NCBI GenBank assembly: GCA_020724585.1
Contig: DYGS01000001.1
Coordinates: 136,096 to 200,095 of the forward strand
Length of the DNA: 64,000 bases
Direction: 5' to 3'
Origin: Candidatus Microgenomatus sp.
GTDB lineage: Bacteria > Patescibacteriota > Microgenomatia > UBA8517
Numbering within the stretch: the first letter of the stretch is position 1; each line of letters begins with the position of its first letter. The notes below the pieces were generated by a model. That model was not told the DNA's origin. It was given only the letters and a program-made list of their open reading frames with translations, and made no database searches. This document shows positions 7,198-16,677 of this stretch, in pieces. The position numbers and the translations under genes are program-made.

Positions 7198-8862
7198 ATG
7201 TTGCGCTTCATAGCTCTTTCAGGTACCACCGGCGTAACCGAAAACCTCTATCTTTACGAAACCGATAAAGAAATGGTGGTATTGGATTGTGGGATAGGAT
7301 TCCCCGATCTAGAAATGCCTGGAGTTGACCTTGTAATCCCTGATTTCTCATATGTTGTTAAAAATAGCCATAAATTAAGGGGAATAATCTTATCCCAAGG
7401 CCACGAGGATCATATCGGATCGCTACCCTTTTTATTGCGAGATTTATGGTCGAAAAAAAATAAAACACAAATCTGGGGTGCCGCTTTGGTTCGTGAATTT
7501 TTGGAATATAAATTCAAAGATTATGCTATACCTCGGGATAGCTATAAAATAAATGTTTTTAACCCCGAAAAGGACAGTTTTTTTGTGGGCCAGTTTAAGG
7601 TTTCACCTTTTAGGGTTACGCATTCCGTTCCCGACACTGTTGGTTTTCTGATTGAGGCGGAAGGTAAGAGAATAATGCATGTGCCTGAGCATAAAATGGA
7701 TCAAGAGTCAGTTGATGGCATGTCTTTTGATATTTCCCGCGCCAAAGCTTTAGCACAAGATGGAGTGCTAGCTTTAATGCTTGATTGTCTTGGAGCAAAT
7801 CAATCCGGTTTCACCCCAAGCGGCGTTCCTATAGAAGAAAATCTGTTTAAAATTTCAAGAAATGCTAAAGGAGCTATTTTTATGTCAGCGATGTCCTCGT
7901 CAATCGGCAGATTCCAGCAAATGATAAATGTTGCCAATCGTTTGGGTAGAAAAGTTGTATTTGTAGGAAGGTCTATAATCGAAAAAGCGAAAAGTGCGCA
8001 CAAACTTGGCTATCTAAAATATCTTGACGATAATATTGTTGAATTAAGAAATGTGGGGAAATACTCTAGGGAAAAACTTGTATATATAATTGCTGGTTGT
8101 TATGGCCAGATAGGGAGCTCTGTTTACAGAGTTTCATTAAACGAAGAGGATAGGGTAAAAGTGAAAAATGGTGATGTATTTATTTTTTCTGCAAATCCTG
8201 CACCTCCATATTCAAAGGAAAGTCAGGATTTTGTGATCGACGAATTGATTGATAAGGGGGTTGATGTTCATTATTACGATCTCCATGAAAACCTGCATGT
8301 CTCCGGTCACGGTTATCAGGAGGATATCAAAGCTTTAATTAATATCGCCAAGCCCAAATATTTAGTGCCCACAGGTGGAACGATCAGACACATGAGTGCT
8401 TTTGAAAAATTAGTCGTTTCTATGGGGAAACCCTCAAAAAGCGTTTTTAAATTAAAACCAGGAGATTCTATAGAATTTAAGGACGGCTATGCTGTTTTGG
8501 GCAAGAAAATAAAGGTTAAAGAAGTGATGGTTCACGGATTGGGGATCGGAGATATCGGAAAGACGGTTTTAAAACACAGAACTCTTTTGGGAAAACAAGG
8601 AGTTGTTGTTATTGCAATCAAAGCTGACAAAAAAGGAAAAATTTTAGGATTTCCTGAAATAGTTTCTCGCGGATTTGTTTTTGAGGGAATCTCAAGCGGA
8701 CTATTAAATGATTCGGTTCAGAGGCTCTTGAAGCATTTAAGATACAAAAACGGCATGAATGCAAAAGCGATCAAAGAAGAAACTGTAAAGTTTTTGGAAA
8801 ACCACTTTTACCAAGTGACTGCTCGAAGCCCAATGATTATACCTGTTGTAGTTGAAGTATAG
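7198..8862 (+). CDS. rnj: ribonuclease J (metallo-beta-lactamase / beta-CASP)
   Basis: 'SQGHEDHIGSLPFLL' is the HxHxDH motif. 554 aa with a beta-CASP middle region and an RNase J-type C-terminal domain. Confidence 0.9.
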   Translation: MLRFIALSGTTGVTENLYLYETDKEMVVLDCGIGFPDLEMPGVDLVIPDFSYVVKNSHKLRGIILSQGHEDHIGSLPFLLRDLWSKKNKTQIWGAALVREFLEYKFKDYAIPRDSYKINVFNPEKDSFFVGQFKVSPFRVTHSVPDTVGFLIEAEGKRIMHVPEHKMDQESVDGMSFDISRAKALAQDGVLALMLDCLGANQSGFTPSGVPIEENLFKISRNAKGAIFMSAMSSSIGRFQQMINVANRLGRKVVFVGRSIIEKAKSAHKLGYLKYLDDNIVELRNVGKYSREKLVYIIAGCYGQIGSSVYRVSLNEEDRVKVKNGDVFIFSANPAPPYSKESQDFVIDELIDKGVDVHYYDLHENLHVSGHGYQEDIKALINIAKPKYLVPTGGTIRHMSAFEKLVVSMGKPSKSVFKLKPGDSIEFKDGYAVLGKKIKVKEVMVHGLGIGDIGKTVLKHRTLLGKQGVVVIAIKADKKGKILGFPEIVSRGFVFEGISSGLLNDSVQRLLKHLRYKNGMNAKAIKEETVKFLENHFYQVTARSPMIIPVVVEV

Positions 8863-8888
8863 TATTATTTTGTTATAATATCGTTTAT

Positions 8889-9092
8889 ATGATTGAAATG
8901 AATAGAATGGCAATTGTATTTGACCCAAAGAGCGTTTTAGGTCCAACAAAACGAGTTGATGTTGTAGGTTCTCTAAAAATTGTTGCACTTAAGAGTAGTG
9001 ACCAACCCTCAACGGTAGTAAAAGAAGAGTATCTAAAAGAAAAAGGGGTAATAGTTTTGATAAGGTATCCATTTCCTCCGTCTGCAAGCTAA
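8889..9092 (+). CDS. hypothetical small protein
   Basis: ORF only; no motif recognised. Confidence 0.2.
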   Translation: MIEMNRMAIVFDPKSVLGPTKRVDVVGSLKIVALKSSDQPSTVVKEEYLKEKGVIVLIRYPFPPSAS

Positions 9093-9136
9093 TTACTGGC
9101 TTCGCAACTTCAAGTTTGATATTATGTATATTGCGT

Positions 9137-11236
9137 ATGGCAAAAAAACATAAAAGAAAAGCTGATAAGCGGTCCTTTAAGTTAAAATTAAAACCGCAAA
9201 CTTATGCTTCTATTGCTCAAATTTTTTTTCTAGCGCTAGCGGGTCTTATAATCATATCCTTTTCAAGGAGGGGGCTGCTGCTTTATCGTTTCAACGATAT
9301 AGTCATGTCTATTTTTGGCTGGGCCTCAATTTTTTTGCCTTTTCTGTGTCTTTCGTTTTCATTTGTGATTGGAAGAATTAAACTTCCATTGTCTCAGCCT
9401 AATGTAATTGTGGGATCGCTTCTTCTTTTTTTATCGATTTCGGCTATGGGTAAATCGGGACAGATGGGAATTATAATCTGGGATAGTATTTCGACTTTAG
9501 TTACTCCAGCTGGTGCGATAATTGTCTTTTTTGGATTGGTCTTAACAGGACTCGTCGTACTTTTTAACACATCATTTGATCAATTGTTTAAACTTCTTAA
9601 ATCTATTTGGTCAATTGTCTCTTTTTATGTTTTTGGTCAGAAAGCTGTAGAGAGAGATAAAATTTTGCCGCGAAAAGACTTTAAAATTTCAGGAGCAACC
9701 GCAACTGTTTCCGAAACTAAGCCTGTACAAACTATATTAAATAAAGAACCAGATAACAAAAAAGACTTGGAAGAAAAACTGGTGAGCAATATAAAAGGAG
9801 ACGAAACAATTTGGAAGTACCCGTCTATAGATTTGTTTTCAAGCGATTCAATTGGAAGGGTTGATAGAGGCGATATTAACGGTAATGCAGATATTATTGA
9901 AAAAACGCTTGAATCTTTTGGAATAACTGCAAAAGTAGTCGAAGTTAATTTGGGCCCCGCGGTTACTCAGTATGCAATCGAAGTGGCGTTGGGAACAAAA
10001 CTTAGCAAGATTACGGCTCTGGAGAGGGATTTGGCGCTAGCTCTTTCCGCACCTACGGGGGCCATAAGAATTGAGGCGCCGATTCCGGGTAGAAATTTGG
10101 TTGGTATTGAGCTTCCTAACAAATCTCCAGAATTTGTACCAATAAAGAGGATTTTAGAATCAGACGAAATGGCTTCAAATAAGTCAAAACTTGCAATTGC
10201 TCTAGGTCTTGATGTTTCTGGAAAGCCCGTTGTTACTGATATTTCCAGAATGCCGCATGTCTTGGTTGCGGGGCAGACCGGGTCGGGTAAATCAGTTGCG
10301 ATTAACACTTTTTTGGCATCAATGCTTTTTAGAAACAGTCCTTCTGAGGTAAAGTTTATAATGGTTGATCCAAAAAGAGTCGAGCTAACTGGTTACAACG
10401 ATATTCCCCATCTTTTATCCCCTGTAATAGTTGATGCTGATAAAGTTATATCGGCGCTCAAATGGCTGACTAATGAAATGGACAGACGATACAAAAAATT
10501 TGCTGAGGTTGGAGCAAGAAATATTGATGCATATAACGAAATGAGCGGATTTCAAGCACTTCCCTACATAGTTTTAATAATCGATGAGTTGGCAGACATC
10601 ATGCTTTTATCTCCAGTTGAGGTTGAAGACGCAATTACAAGAATTGCCCAAATGAGCCGAGCGGTAGGAATACATATGGTTCTTGCAACCCAGCGGCCTT
10701 CGGTAAATGTTATTACGGGTTTAATTAAAGCAAATATTCCAACAAGAATCGCTTTTGCGGTTTCCTCCCAAGTTGACAGCCGTGTAATCTTAGACACCCA
10801 AGGAGCAGAAAAACTTTTAGGTAAAGGAGACATGTTGTATCTTCCGCCTGATCAGGCAAAGCCATCAAGAATTCAAGGAGCTTTTGTGAGCGATTCTGAA
10901 ATTAGAAATTTAGTTGGGTTTATAAAAAATCAAGGTGTGCCCGTTCAATATACCGAAGAGGTGACAACAATGACAAAATCAGGAAAACTGCCTGTACCGG
11001 GAGTTGGAGGAGATACCGACGATTTTTTCACCGAAGCAGTTAAAGTTGTTTGTCAATATGACAGAGCTTCGGCTTCACTGTTGCAGAGAAGACTTGCAAT
11101 TGGCTATGCTAGGGCGGCAAGAGTGATTGATCAACTAGAAAGTGCGGGAGTAATTGGCCCAAGTGATGGCTCAAGTAAAGCACGCGAGGTTTTAATTAAA
11201 AATGCAGACGAATTTCTATCCCGTCTTCAAAGTTAG
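9137..11236 (+). CDS. ftsK: DNA translocase FtsK/SpoIIIE
   Basis: N-terminal TM helices; 'LVAGQTGSGKSVAINTFL' (Walker A), 'IVLIIDELADIM' (Walker B), and a C-terminal winged-helix gamma domain ('LLQRRLAIGYARAARVIDQLE'). ATG 9137 is preferred over the TTG 9116 used by the track. Confidence 0.9.
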   Translation: MAKKHKRKADKRSFKLKLKPQTYASIAQIFFLALAGLIIISFSRRGLLLYRFNDIVMSIFGWASIFLPFLCLSFSFVIGRIKLPLSQPNVIVGSLLLFLSISAMGKSGQMGIIIWDSISTLVTPAGAIIVFFGLVLTGLVVLFNTSFDQLFKLLKSIWSIVSFYVFGQKAVERDKILPRKDFKISGATATVSETKPVQTILNKEPDNKKDLEEKLVSNIKGDETIWKYPSIDLFSSDSIGRVDRGDINGNADIIEKTLESFGITAKVVEVNLGPAVTQYAIEVALGTKLSKITALERDLALALSAPTGAIRIEAPIPGRNLVGIELPNKSPEFVPIKRILESDEMASNKSKLAIALGLDVSGKPVVTDISRMPHVLVAGQTGSGKSVAINTFLASMLFRNSPSEVKFIMVDPKRVELTGYNDIPHLLSPVIVDADKVISALKWLTNEMDRRYKKFAEVGARNIDAYNEMSGFQALPYIVLIIDELADIMLLSPVEVEDAITRIAQMSRAVGIHMVLATQRPSVNVITGLIKANIPTRIAFAVSSQVDSRVILDTQGAEKLLGKGDMLYLPPDQAKPSRIQGAFVSDSEIRNLVGFIKNQGVPVQYTEEVTTMTKSGKLPVPGVGGDTDDFFTEAVKVVCQYDRASASLLQRRLAIGYARAARVIDQLESAGVIGPSDGSSKAREVLIKNADEFLSRLQS

Positions 11237-11249
11237 CTAAATTAATACT

Positions 11250-11876
11250 ATGCAGACAGTAGGAGAATATCTTAAAAATGCCCGTGTGAGTAGAGGGATT
11301 TCTTTAAAAAAACTTGAAAAAATTACTAAAATTAAGGCAAGTTTTATTTCCCTAATTGAAAAAAACGATTGGAATAACCTGCCAAGTTATGCCGTAACTT
11401 CGGGATTTATTAAAAATATAAGTCTGGCATTGAAAATCTCACAAAACACAACTTCAGCGATGTTTCGGCGCGACTATCCAATTAAAAAAGAAATAAGCGC
11501 ACCCAAACAGGAAATTAATAGTAAGTTTAGCTGGTCTCCAAAGATAACATTTATTCTTGCCGTATCTCTGGTAACAATATTTGTTATTGGCTACTTGGTT
11601 TTTGAGTACATCAAATTTATAAGTCCTCCCGATATTAAAATTACAAAACCTCTAGACGGAGAAGTGGTTTTGTCGGATAGAGTTAAAGTTTCAGGTTCAA
11701 CCAAGACGGATGTAGTTTTAACCATAAACAACCAACCGGTAATTTTAGACATAAATGGCAACTTTGAGACGGAGATTGAAGTTAACAAAGACACAAAAGA
11801 ATTAAAATTTGAGGCAGTTTCAAGGTCTGGTAAAAAAGCCTACAAAACTGTTAGAATTACTGTCGATACAGAATAA
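11250..11876 (+). CDS. RodZ-like HTH (XRE-type) bitopic membrane protein
   Basis: N-terminal HTH 'YLKNARVSRGISLKKLEKITKI', one TM helix, and a beta-rich C-terminal domain. Confidence 0.55.
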   Translation: MQTVGEYLKNARVSRGISLKKLEKITKIKASFISLIEKNDWNNLPSYAVTSGFIKNISLALKISQNTTSAMFRRDYPIKKEISAPKQEINSKFSWSPKITFILAVSLVTIFVIGYLVFEYIKFISPPDIKITKPLDGEVVLSDRVKVSGSTKTDVVLTINNQPVILDINGNFETEIEVNKDTKELKFEAVSRSGKKAYKTVRITVDTE

Positions 11877-11881
11877 TTTAT

Positions 11882-12115
11882 ATGGATATTCAAAGATTGT
11901 TAATAGTGGTTGTTATAAGTTTAACTGCTCTTTTGGTTGTGGTTGGGGTTCAAGTTGTGTTTATCATTTTGGACCTTAGAAAGGCAATAAAAAGATTAAA
12001 CTCAATTTTAGAAGATGCAATTTTAGGAGGAGGGCTTATTAGACCTGAAAAACTAACAGGCATAATGGAACTATTTGGAAAAAATAAAACAACAACAACC
12101 CACGGACAAGAATAA
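11882..12115 (+). CDS. small single-TM membrane protein, unknown function
   Basis: 'LLIVVVISLTALLVVVGVQVVFIIL' hydrophobic helix. Confidence 0.4.
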   Translation: MDIQRLLIVVVISLTALLVVVGVQVVFIILDLRKAIKRLNSILEDAILGGGLIRPEKLTGIMELFGKNKTTTTHGQE

Positions 12116-12116
12116 A

Positions 12117-12371
12117 TTAGTGTTTGTATGCATTTTGTCTGTGTTGGATTTTGTTTACTAAAATAATTAATTCTTTTTTCTTAAATTCATAAATAATTCT
12201 ATATGGCCATGCTCGAATGGTATAACTTCCGATTAGTTTTCCTGTAAGCGGTTTTCCTGAAAGGGGGTTTGATTCAATTGATTTTAATTTTTTAATAACC
12301 TTTTTTTGCTCTGATTTTGGAAGTTTAGAAAATTCTTTCTCTGAATCTTTTGTAAGTACTAATTGAGACAT
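12117..12371 (-). CDS. RelE/ParE-family type II toxin
   Basis: 84 aa with a RelE-like '...YRIIYEFKKKELIILVNKIQHRQNAY' C-terminus; overlaps the upstream Phd-like gene by 1 nt. Confidence 0.75.
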   Translation of the reverse strand: MSQLVLTKDSEKEFSKLPKSEQKKVIKKLKSIESNPLSGKPLTGKLIGSYTIRAWPYRIIYEFKKKELIILVNKIQHRQNAYKH

Positions 12372-12652
12372 TAATTAATGTTATACTTCTTGGTAAGGTT
12401 ATCAAGAGTTATGAAATTGCCTTTTTTGTAGTCTATTTGGGATTTTTTAATATCCCTCATGAGTTTTTTGTCACTTAATATTTCAAGTGTTTCCTCCCAG
12501 GCTTCAACATCTTCGATAGGCATAACAACCGCCCTAGTTTTACCCCTGTGTGTAATTATAAAACGGCGTAAATTATCTCCAACTTCTTCAAGAATTTGGT
12601 AAAAATTAGCACGAGCAATATTTGCAGGTAATGTTCCTGATAATACATTCAT
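12371..12652 (-). CDS. Phd/YefM-family antitoxin
   Basis: 'ARANFYQILEEVGDNLRRFIITHRGKTRAVVMPIEDVEAWEETLEIL' is the canonical Phd/YefM pattern. Confidence 0.8.
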   Translation of the reverse strand: MNVLSGTLPANIARANFYQILEEVGDNLRRFIITHRGKTRAVVMPIEDVEAWEETLEILSDKKLMRDIKKSQIDYKKGNFITLDNLTKKYNIN

Positions 12653-12702
12653 AACTTAATAGTACTATTAGTTGTACCATTTGTCAAGCATGAGAAGATT
12701 AT

Positions 12703-12909
12703 CTAGTGTTGTTCGATTACTAAAGATTTTAAATCTTCCTTTAAACTGCCCTGCATGCCGATTGTTGCTTTTAGTTCCTCAAGAGTGATTTTGTCACTAT
12801 TATAATCATTCAGAGCTCGAGCAATTTTCGAGTGTAGGTCGCCTCGCCAGTCTTCCAAAGGCTGCTTGCCTTCCATGGAACTTTTCTTACTCCTCTCAAA
12901 GAATGTCAT
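12703..12909 (-). CDS. hypothetical 68-aa helical protein directly upstream of phd-relE on the same strand
   Basis: ORF only; charged and helical; possibly a third component of the TA locus. Confidence 0.3.
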   Translation of the reverse strand: MTFFERSKKSSMEGKQPLEDWRGDLHSKIARALNDYNSDKITLEELKATIGMQGSLKEDLKSLVIEQH

Positions 12910-12974
12910 TGATATGTAGCAATTATATATCTTTACACTTCAAATTCCAAACTTTGGCCTGTATAATTAGCTTC

Positions 12975-14687
12975 ATGATGAGAAGTAATGATGTTAGAGA
13001 AAAGTATTTAAAATTTTTTGAAAAAAGAGGGCACAAAATAATTTCTCCTGCACCACTTGTATTAGAAACTGATCCAACAACACTTTTTACAAGTTCTGGT
13101 ATGCAACCACTCGTTCCTTATTTAATGGGAGAAAAACATCCAGAAGGAGTAAGGCTTGTTGATAGCCAACCGTCTATAAGACTTCAAGATATTGAAGAAG
13201 TTGGAGATAACAGACATACAACTTTTTTTGAAATGTTAGGCAATTGGAGTTTGGGAGATTATTTTAAAAAAGACCAACTTCCGTGGATCTGGGAATTTTT
13301 AACCAAAGAATTAAACTTACCAAAAGAAAAATTATATGTGTCAATTTTTGAGGGAAACGAACTTGTTCCTAAAGATTTGGAATCGAAAGAAATTTGGTTG
13401 TCACTTGGGGTTAGCGAATCTCACATTTTTGAATATGGAGTTAAAAAGAATTGGTGGAGTAGAAGTGGAACTCCTGATCAAATGCCTGTGGGTGAAATTG
13501 GAGGACCAGATAGCGAAATCTTTTACGAGTTCACCTCGGTTGAACATCAACATGAGTTTGGCTCAAAATGTCATCCAAATTGTGATTGTGGAAGATTTTT
13601 AGAAATTGGCAATTCAGTTTTTATACAGTATAAAAAAACAGACAAGGGTTTAGAAGAGTTACCTCAAAAAAATGTAGATTTTGGCGGTGGTTTAGAACGC
13701 ATAACTGCAGCTATTAATAATGATCCTGATATTTTTAAAACTGATATTTACTGGCCATCTATCCAAAAGTTAGAAGAGTTAACTGGTAAAAAATATAAGG
13801 ATAATATGGCAAGTTTCAGAATTTTTGCAGATCACTTAAGAGCATCATTGGCATTAGTTAATGCTGGTGTTATTCCTGGTAATAAAATGCAAGGTTATAT
13901 CTTAAGAAGATTAATTAGAAGAATGACAACTAAATTTCCCGAAATAGATAAAATTATTGACAACACTGTTATTGGTGACGAGATTAAAAAATTTAAAATT
14001 ACATTAAATAAGGGACTAAAGGAAATTGGTAAAATTGACAAAATTACGGGCAAGATAGCCTTTGATCTTTACCAATCTTATGGTTTCCCACTTGAGCTTA
14101 CAGTTGAACTTTTTAAAGAAAAGGGACAAGAAGTTGATTTAGAAGAATTTAGAAAAGAATTTGAAGTACACAAAGACAAATCTAAGTCACTTTCTGCGGG
14201 AGTTTTTAAGGGGGGCCTTGCTGATCATTCACCAGGTGTCGTCAAACTTCACACGGCAACACATCTTTTATTGGCATCTCTAAGGAAAGTTTTGGGAGAC
14301 AATGTTGTCCAAATGGGGCAAAACATAACTAAAGAGAGGTCAAGATTTGATTTCCCTAATTCTAGAAAACTAACGGTTGAGGAGCTGACAAAAGTTGAGG
14401 ACATGATAAATAATGTCATTAAAAGAGATTTGCCCGTAAATTTTGCCGTAATGCCAAAAGAAGAAGCTTTAAAAACTGGGGCAATTCATGCCTTTAACGA
14501 AAAGTATGCGGATACAGTTAAAGTTTATTATGTTGGCAGTGACCTAGAATCGGCTTTTTCAAAGGAGTTTTGCGGGGGGCCTCATGTTGCAAAAACTTCC
14601 GAGATCGGACATGTTACAATAAATAAACAGGAGAAAATCGGCTCCGGTTTACTAAGAGTATATGTTGTCATATCCAATCAGAAATAA
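12975..14687 (+). CDS. alaS: alanine--tRNA ligase, short form (catalytic + editing domains, no C-Ala domain)
   Basis: 'FTSSGMQPLVPYLMGEKHP...RHTTFFEMLGNWSLGDYFK' is the class-II AlaRS core. Editing-domain motifs 'HTATHLL' and 'CGGPHV' are present. ATG at 12975/12978 is preferred over 12903. Confidence 0.9.
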   Translation: MMRSNDVREKYLKFFEKRGHKIISPAPLVLETDPTTLFTSSGMQPLVPYLMGEKHPEGVRLVDSQPSIRLQDIEEVGDNRHTTFFEMLGNWSLGDYFKKDQLPWIWEFLTKELNLPKEKLYVSIFEGNELVPKDLESKEIWLSLGVSESHIFEYGVKKNWWSRSGTPDQMPVGEIGGPDSEIFYEFTSVEHQHEFGSKCHPNCDCGRFLEIGNSVFIQYKKTDKGLEELPQKNVDFGGGLERITAAINNDPDIFKTDIYWPSIQKLEELTGKKYKDNMASFRIFADHLRASLALVNAGVIPGNKMQGYILRRLIRRMTTKFPEIDKIIDNTVIGDEIKKFKITLNKGLKEIGKIDKITGKIAFDLYQSYGFPLELTVELFKEKGQEVDLEEFRKEFEVHKDKSKSLSAGVFKGGLADHSPGVVKLHTATHLLLASLRKVLGDNVVQMGQNITKERSRFDFPNSRKLTVEELTKVEDMINNVIKRDLPVNFAVMPKEEALKTGAIHAFNEKYADTVKVYYVGSDLESAFSKEFCGGPHVAKTSEIGHVTINKQEKIGSGLLRVYVVISNQK

Positions 14688-16677
14688 TAAGGAAGATGAA
14701 GCCTACTGGGCGATTATTTTGGAGGATAATTGGGTATCTTCTGCCGTTTGGGTTATTAAGGATGGTAACGCCCAGATCATTTTTCAGGGAGAAGGAATAA
14801 GATATGAAGAAAATTTGACTGAAGCAGTTGATACATCGCTTTCAACGGTTGCTCAAAATTTGCCTGAGGATATCAAAGAACCTTCAAAAACTGTTTTTGG
14901 TCTTCCTTCAAATTGGGTTAGCGAAGGTAATATAAAAGAAGAGAAACTTGCGGTTTTGAAGAAGATTTGTGAAGATTTATCCTTAGCACCATCAGGATTT
15001 GTGGTTTTATCTGAAGCAATCGCCCATTTTATCAAATCCGAAGAGGGATCTGACTTTTCAGGAATTGTTGTGGGTGTTAATGATTCAGAACTTGATGTAT
15101 CAATTTTTAATTTGGGGAAACTCATTGGTACCACTTTGGTTGCAAGAAGTGTTGTGCCATCGGATGATTTAATTGAAGGTTTAAGCAGACTTTCATCGCT
15201 TATAAATTTATATCCATCCAGGATCGTGATTTTTAATCAAAAACAAGATGAGCTCGCCTCCATAAAACAAAGTTTTGAAGATGTTAGTTGGGGCAAGGTG
15301 GGGGAGGCAAGTTTTGCACATCCTCCAGTGATTGAAATTTTTGATCCTTATAAAAAACTTGCCGCAGTTTGTCTTGCTGGCGGAGCGGAATTGGGTGCGG
15401 TAGGTGCTGACATTGTCAAAACTGACGATTTGATTGTAAATATTGAGGAGCCAGCAGGCGTAACTCCAGAAGATTTAGGTTTTAAAGTGGAGCCAACCGA
15501 ACAAAGCGAAAAGCCGAGTTTAAAGATTCCTCAAGTTCCAAGTTTACCCAAAATAAATTTTAATTTGAACCTAGCGTTTTTGAGATCGCAAAGAAGTTTA
15601 GTTGTAATTTTAGCTTCAATTGCCACATTTATAGTCTCTGGTTTTTCTGTCTGGTGGTTTTTGCCTAAAGCTGATGTTGTTGTTTTTGTGTCCCCTAAAA
15701 AAATAGAAGAAAGTTTTGAAATGGATATCGAAAATAATCTTGATCTAAAAGAGGTTGGTGCAGAGCAAGCAGGAGAAAAGACAAAACAAACAACCGGAAC
15801 TAAAACAGTTGGAGATAAAGCAAAAGGTTCTGTCAAAATCCAAAATGGTACAGCTTTTCCAATAAATTTACCTGCAGGGACACAACTTGTGTCGACATCA
15901 GATTTAAAGTTCCAAACTACTAAACAGGCTTCAGTTTCCGGTGCTATCTCGCCAAGCAATCCTGGGACTGCAACCATTGATCTGGAAGCTGTAAATATTG
16001 GTTCAGAATATAATTTATCAAAAGATGAAGTTTTTAAAGTTGGAAATTATCCAAAAGCTGAAGTTGATGCAGTCGCCGTTGATAATTTTAGTGGCGGATC
16101 GAGTAGGCAAATCCCTGCAGTTTCAAAAGATGACATAGACACTCTTTTTGACGAACTTAAAGAGGAACTCTTGGAAAAGGCTAAGGCCGATTTATTGAGA
16201 GAAATCTCAAGCGATGAAGTGTTAATTGAAGATTCTTTAGAAGAAAGCGTGGTAGAAGATGACTACAGTAATAAACTTGGAGATGAAGCGACTTCCATTA
16301 AACTTTCTTTGAAAATTAAAGTGGTCGCTAAAGTTGCAAAAAAGGGGGAGCTTACAAAACTTGCAAGAGAAAAACTTGAAGGGAGTGTGCCGTCGGGATT
16401 TGTCCTAAAAGATGACCAGATAGAATACAATTTTGATTTAAATGGAGATGGGCAAGATAAACTTAAAGTATCAGCCAATCTTATACCTGATATTTCAACT
16501 GAAGAAATTGCTAAAAAAATTTCTGGCAAATATCCAAAAGTTGCGGAAGAATATCTATCAACAATACCTGGATTTGTGAGTGCTGAGTTTAGACTAAGAC
16601 CAAGATTCCCAGAAAAGATTAAGACGCTCCCCCACATTTTAAAAAATATTGATATAGTTATATCTGCCCAAAAATGA
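14662..16677 (+). CDS. large bitopic membrane protein: ~310-aa cytoplasmic N-domain, one TM helix, ~335-aa extracytoplasmic beta-rich C-domain; function unknown
   Basis: TM 'LVVILASIATFIVSGFSVWWFL' at about aa 315-336. The N-domain has a weak, Gly-poor resemblance to actin-like PilM/FtsA beta-hairpins (tentative). Overlaps alaS by 26 nt and the sortase gene by 4 nt. Confidence 0.65.
   Translation: MLSYPIRNNKEDEAYWAIILEDNWVSSAVWVIKDGNAQIIFQGEGIRYEENLTEAVDTSLSTVAQNLPEDIKEPSKTVFGLPSNWVSEGNIKEEKLAVLKKICEDLSLAPSGFVVLSEAIAHFIKSEEGSDFSGIVVGVNDSELDVSIFNLGKLIGTTLVARSVVPSDDLIEGLSRLSSLINLYPSRIVIFNQKQDELASIKQSFEDVSWGKVGEASFAHPPVIEIFDPYKKLAAVCLAGGAELGAVGADIVKTDDLIVNIEEPAGVTPEDLGFKVEPTEQSEKPSLKIPQVPSLPKINFNLNLAFLRSQRSLVVILASIATFIVSGFSVWWFLPKADVVVFVSPKKIEESFEMDIENNLDLKEVGAEQAGEKTKQTTGTKTVGDKAKGSVKIQNGTAFPINLPAGTQLVSTSDLKFQTTKQASVSGAISPSNPGTATIDLEAVNIGSEYNLSKDEVFKVGNYPKAEVDAVAVDNFSGGSSRQIPAVSKDDIDTLFDELKEELLEKAKADLLREISSDEVLIEDSLEESVVEDDYSNKLGDEATSIKLSLKIKVVAKVAKKGELTKLAREKLEGSVPSGFVLKDDQIEYNFDLNGDGQDKLKVSANLIPDISTEEIAKKISGKYPKVAEEYLSTIPGFVSAEFRLRPRFPEKIKTLPHILKNIDIVISAQK

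Noticed and set aside
9116-9136. 5' extensions of several ORFs that begin at TTG in the track (ftsK 9116, ruvX 17327, infA 43159, rny 51716, ABC ATPase 53218, secF 63113, UDG 6609)
   Set aside because: A nearby in-frame ATG gives N-termini matching family consensus and avoids overlaps. The feature table uses the ATG starts.
12903-12974. Long N-terminal extension of alaS (track start 12903)
   Set aside because: The extension is hydrophobic nonsense and overlaps the divergent small ORF. The conserved AlaRS N-terminus begins at MMRSNDVREKY (12975).
15898-15915. 'LPAGT' in the 14662-16677 protein as a possible sortase sorting signal
   Set aside because: It is neither LPxTG nor LAxTG, it is mid-protein, and it is not followed by a TM segment and basic tail.
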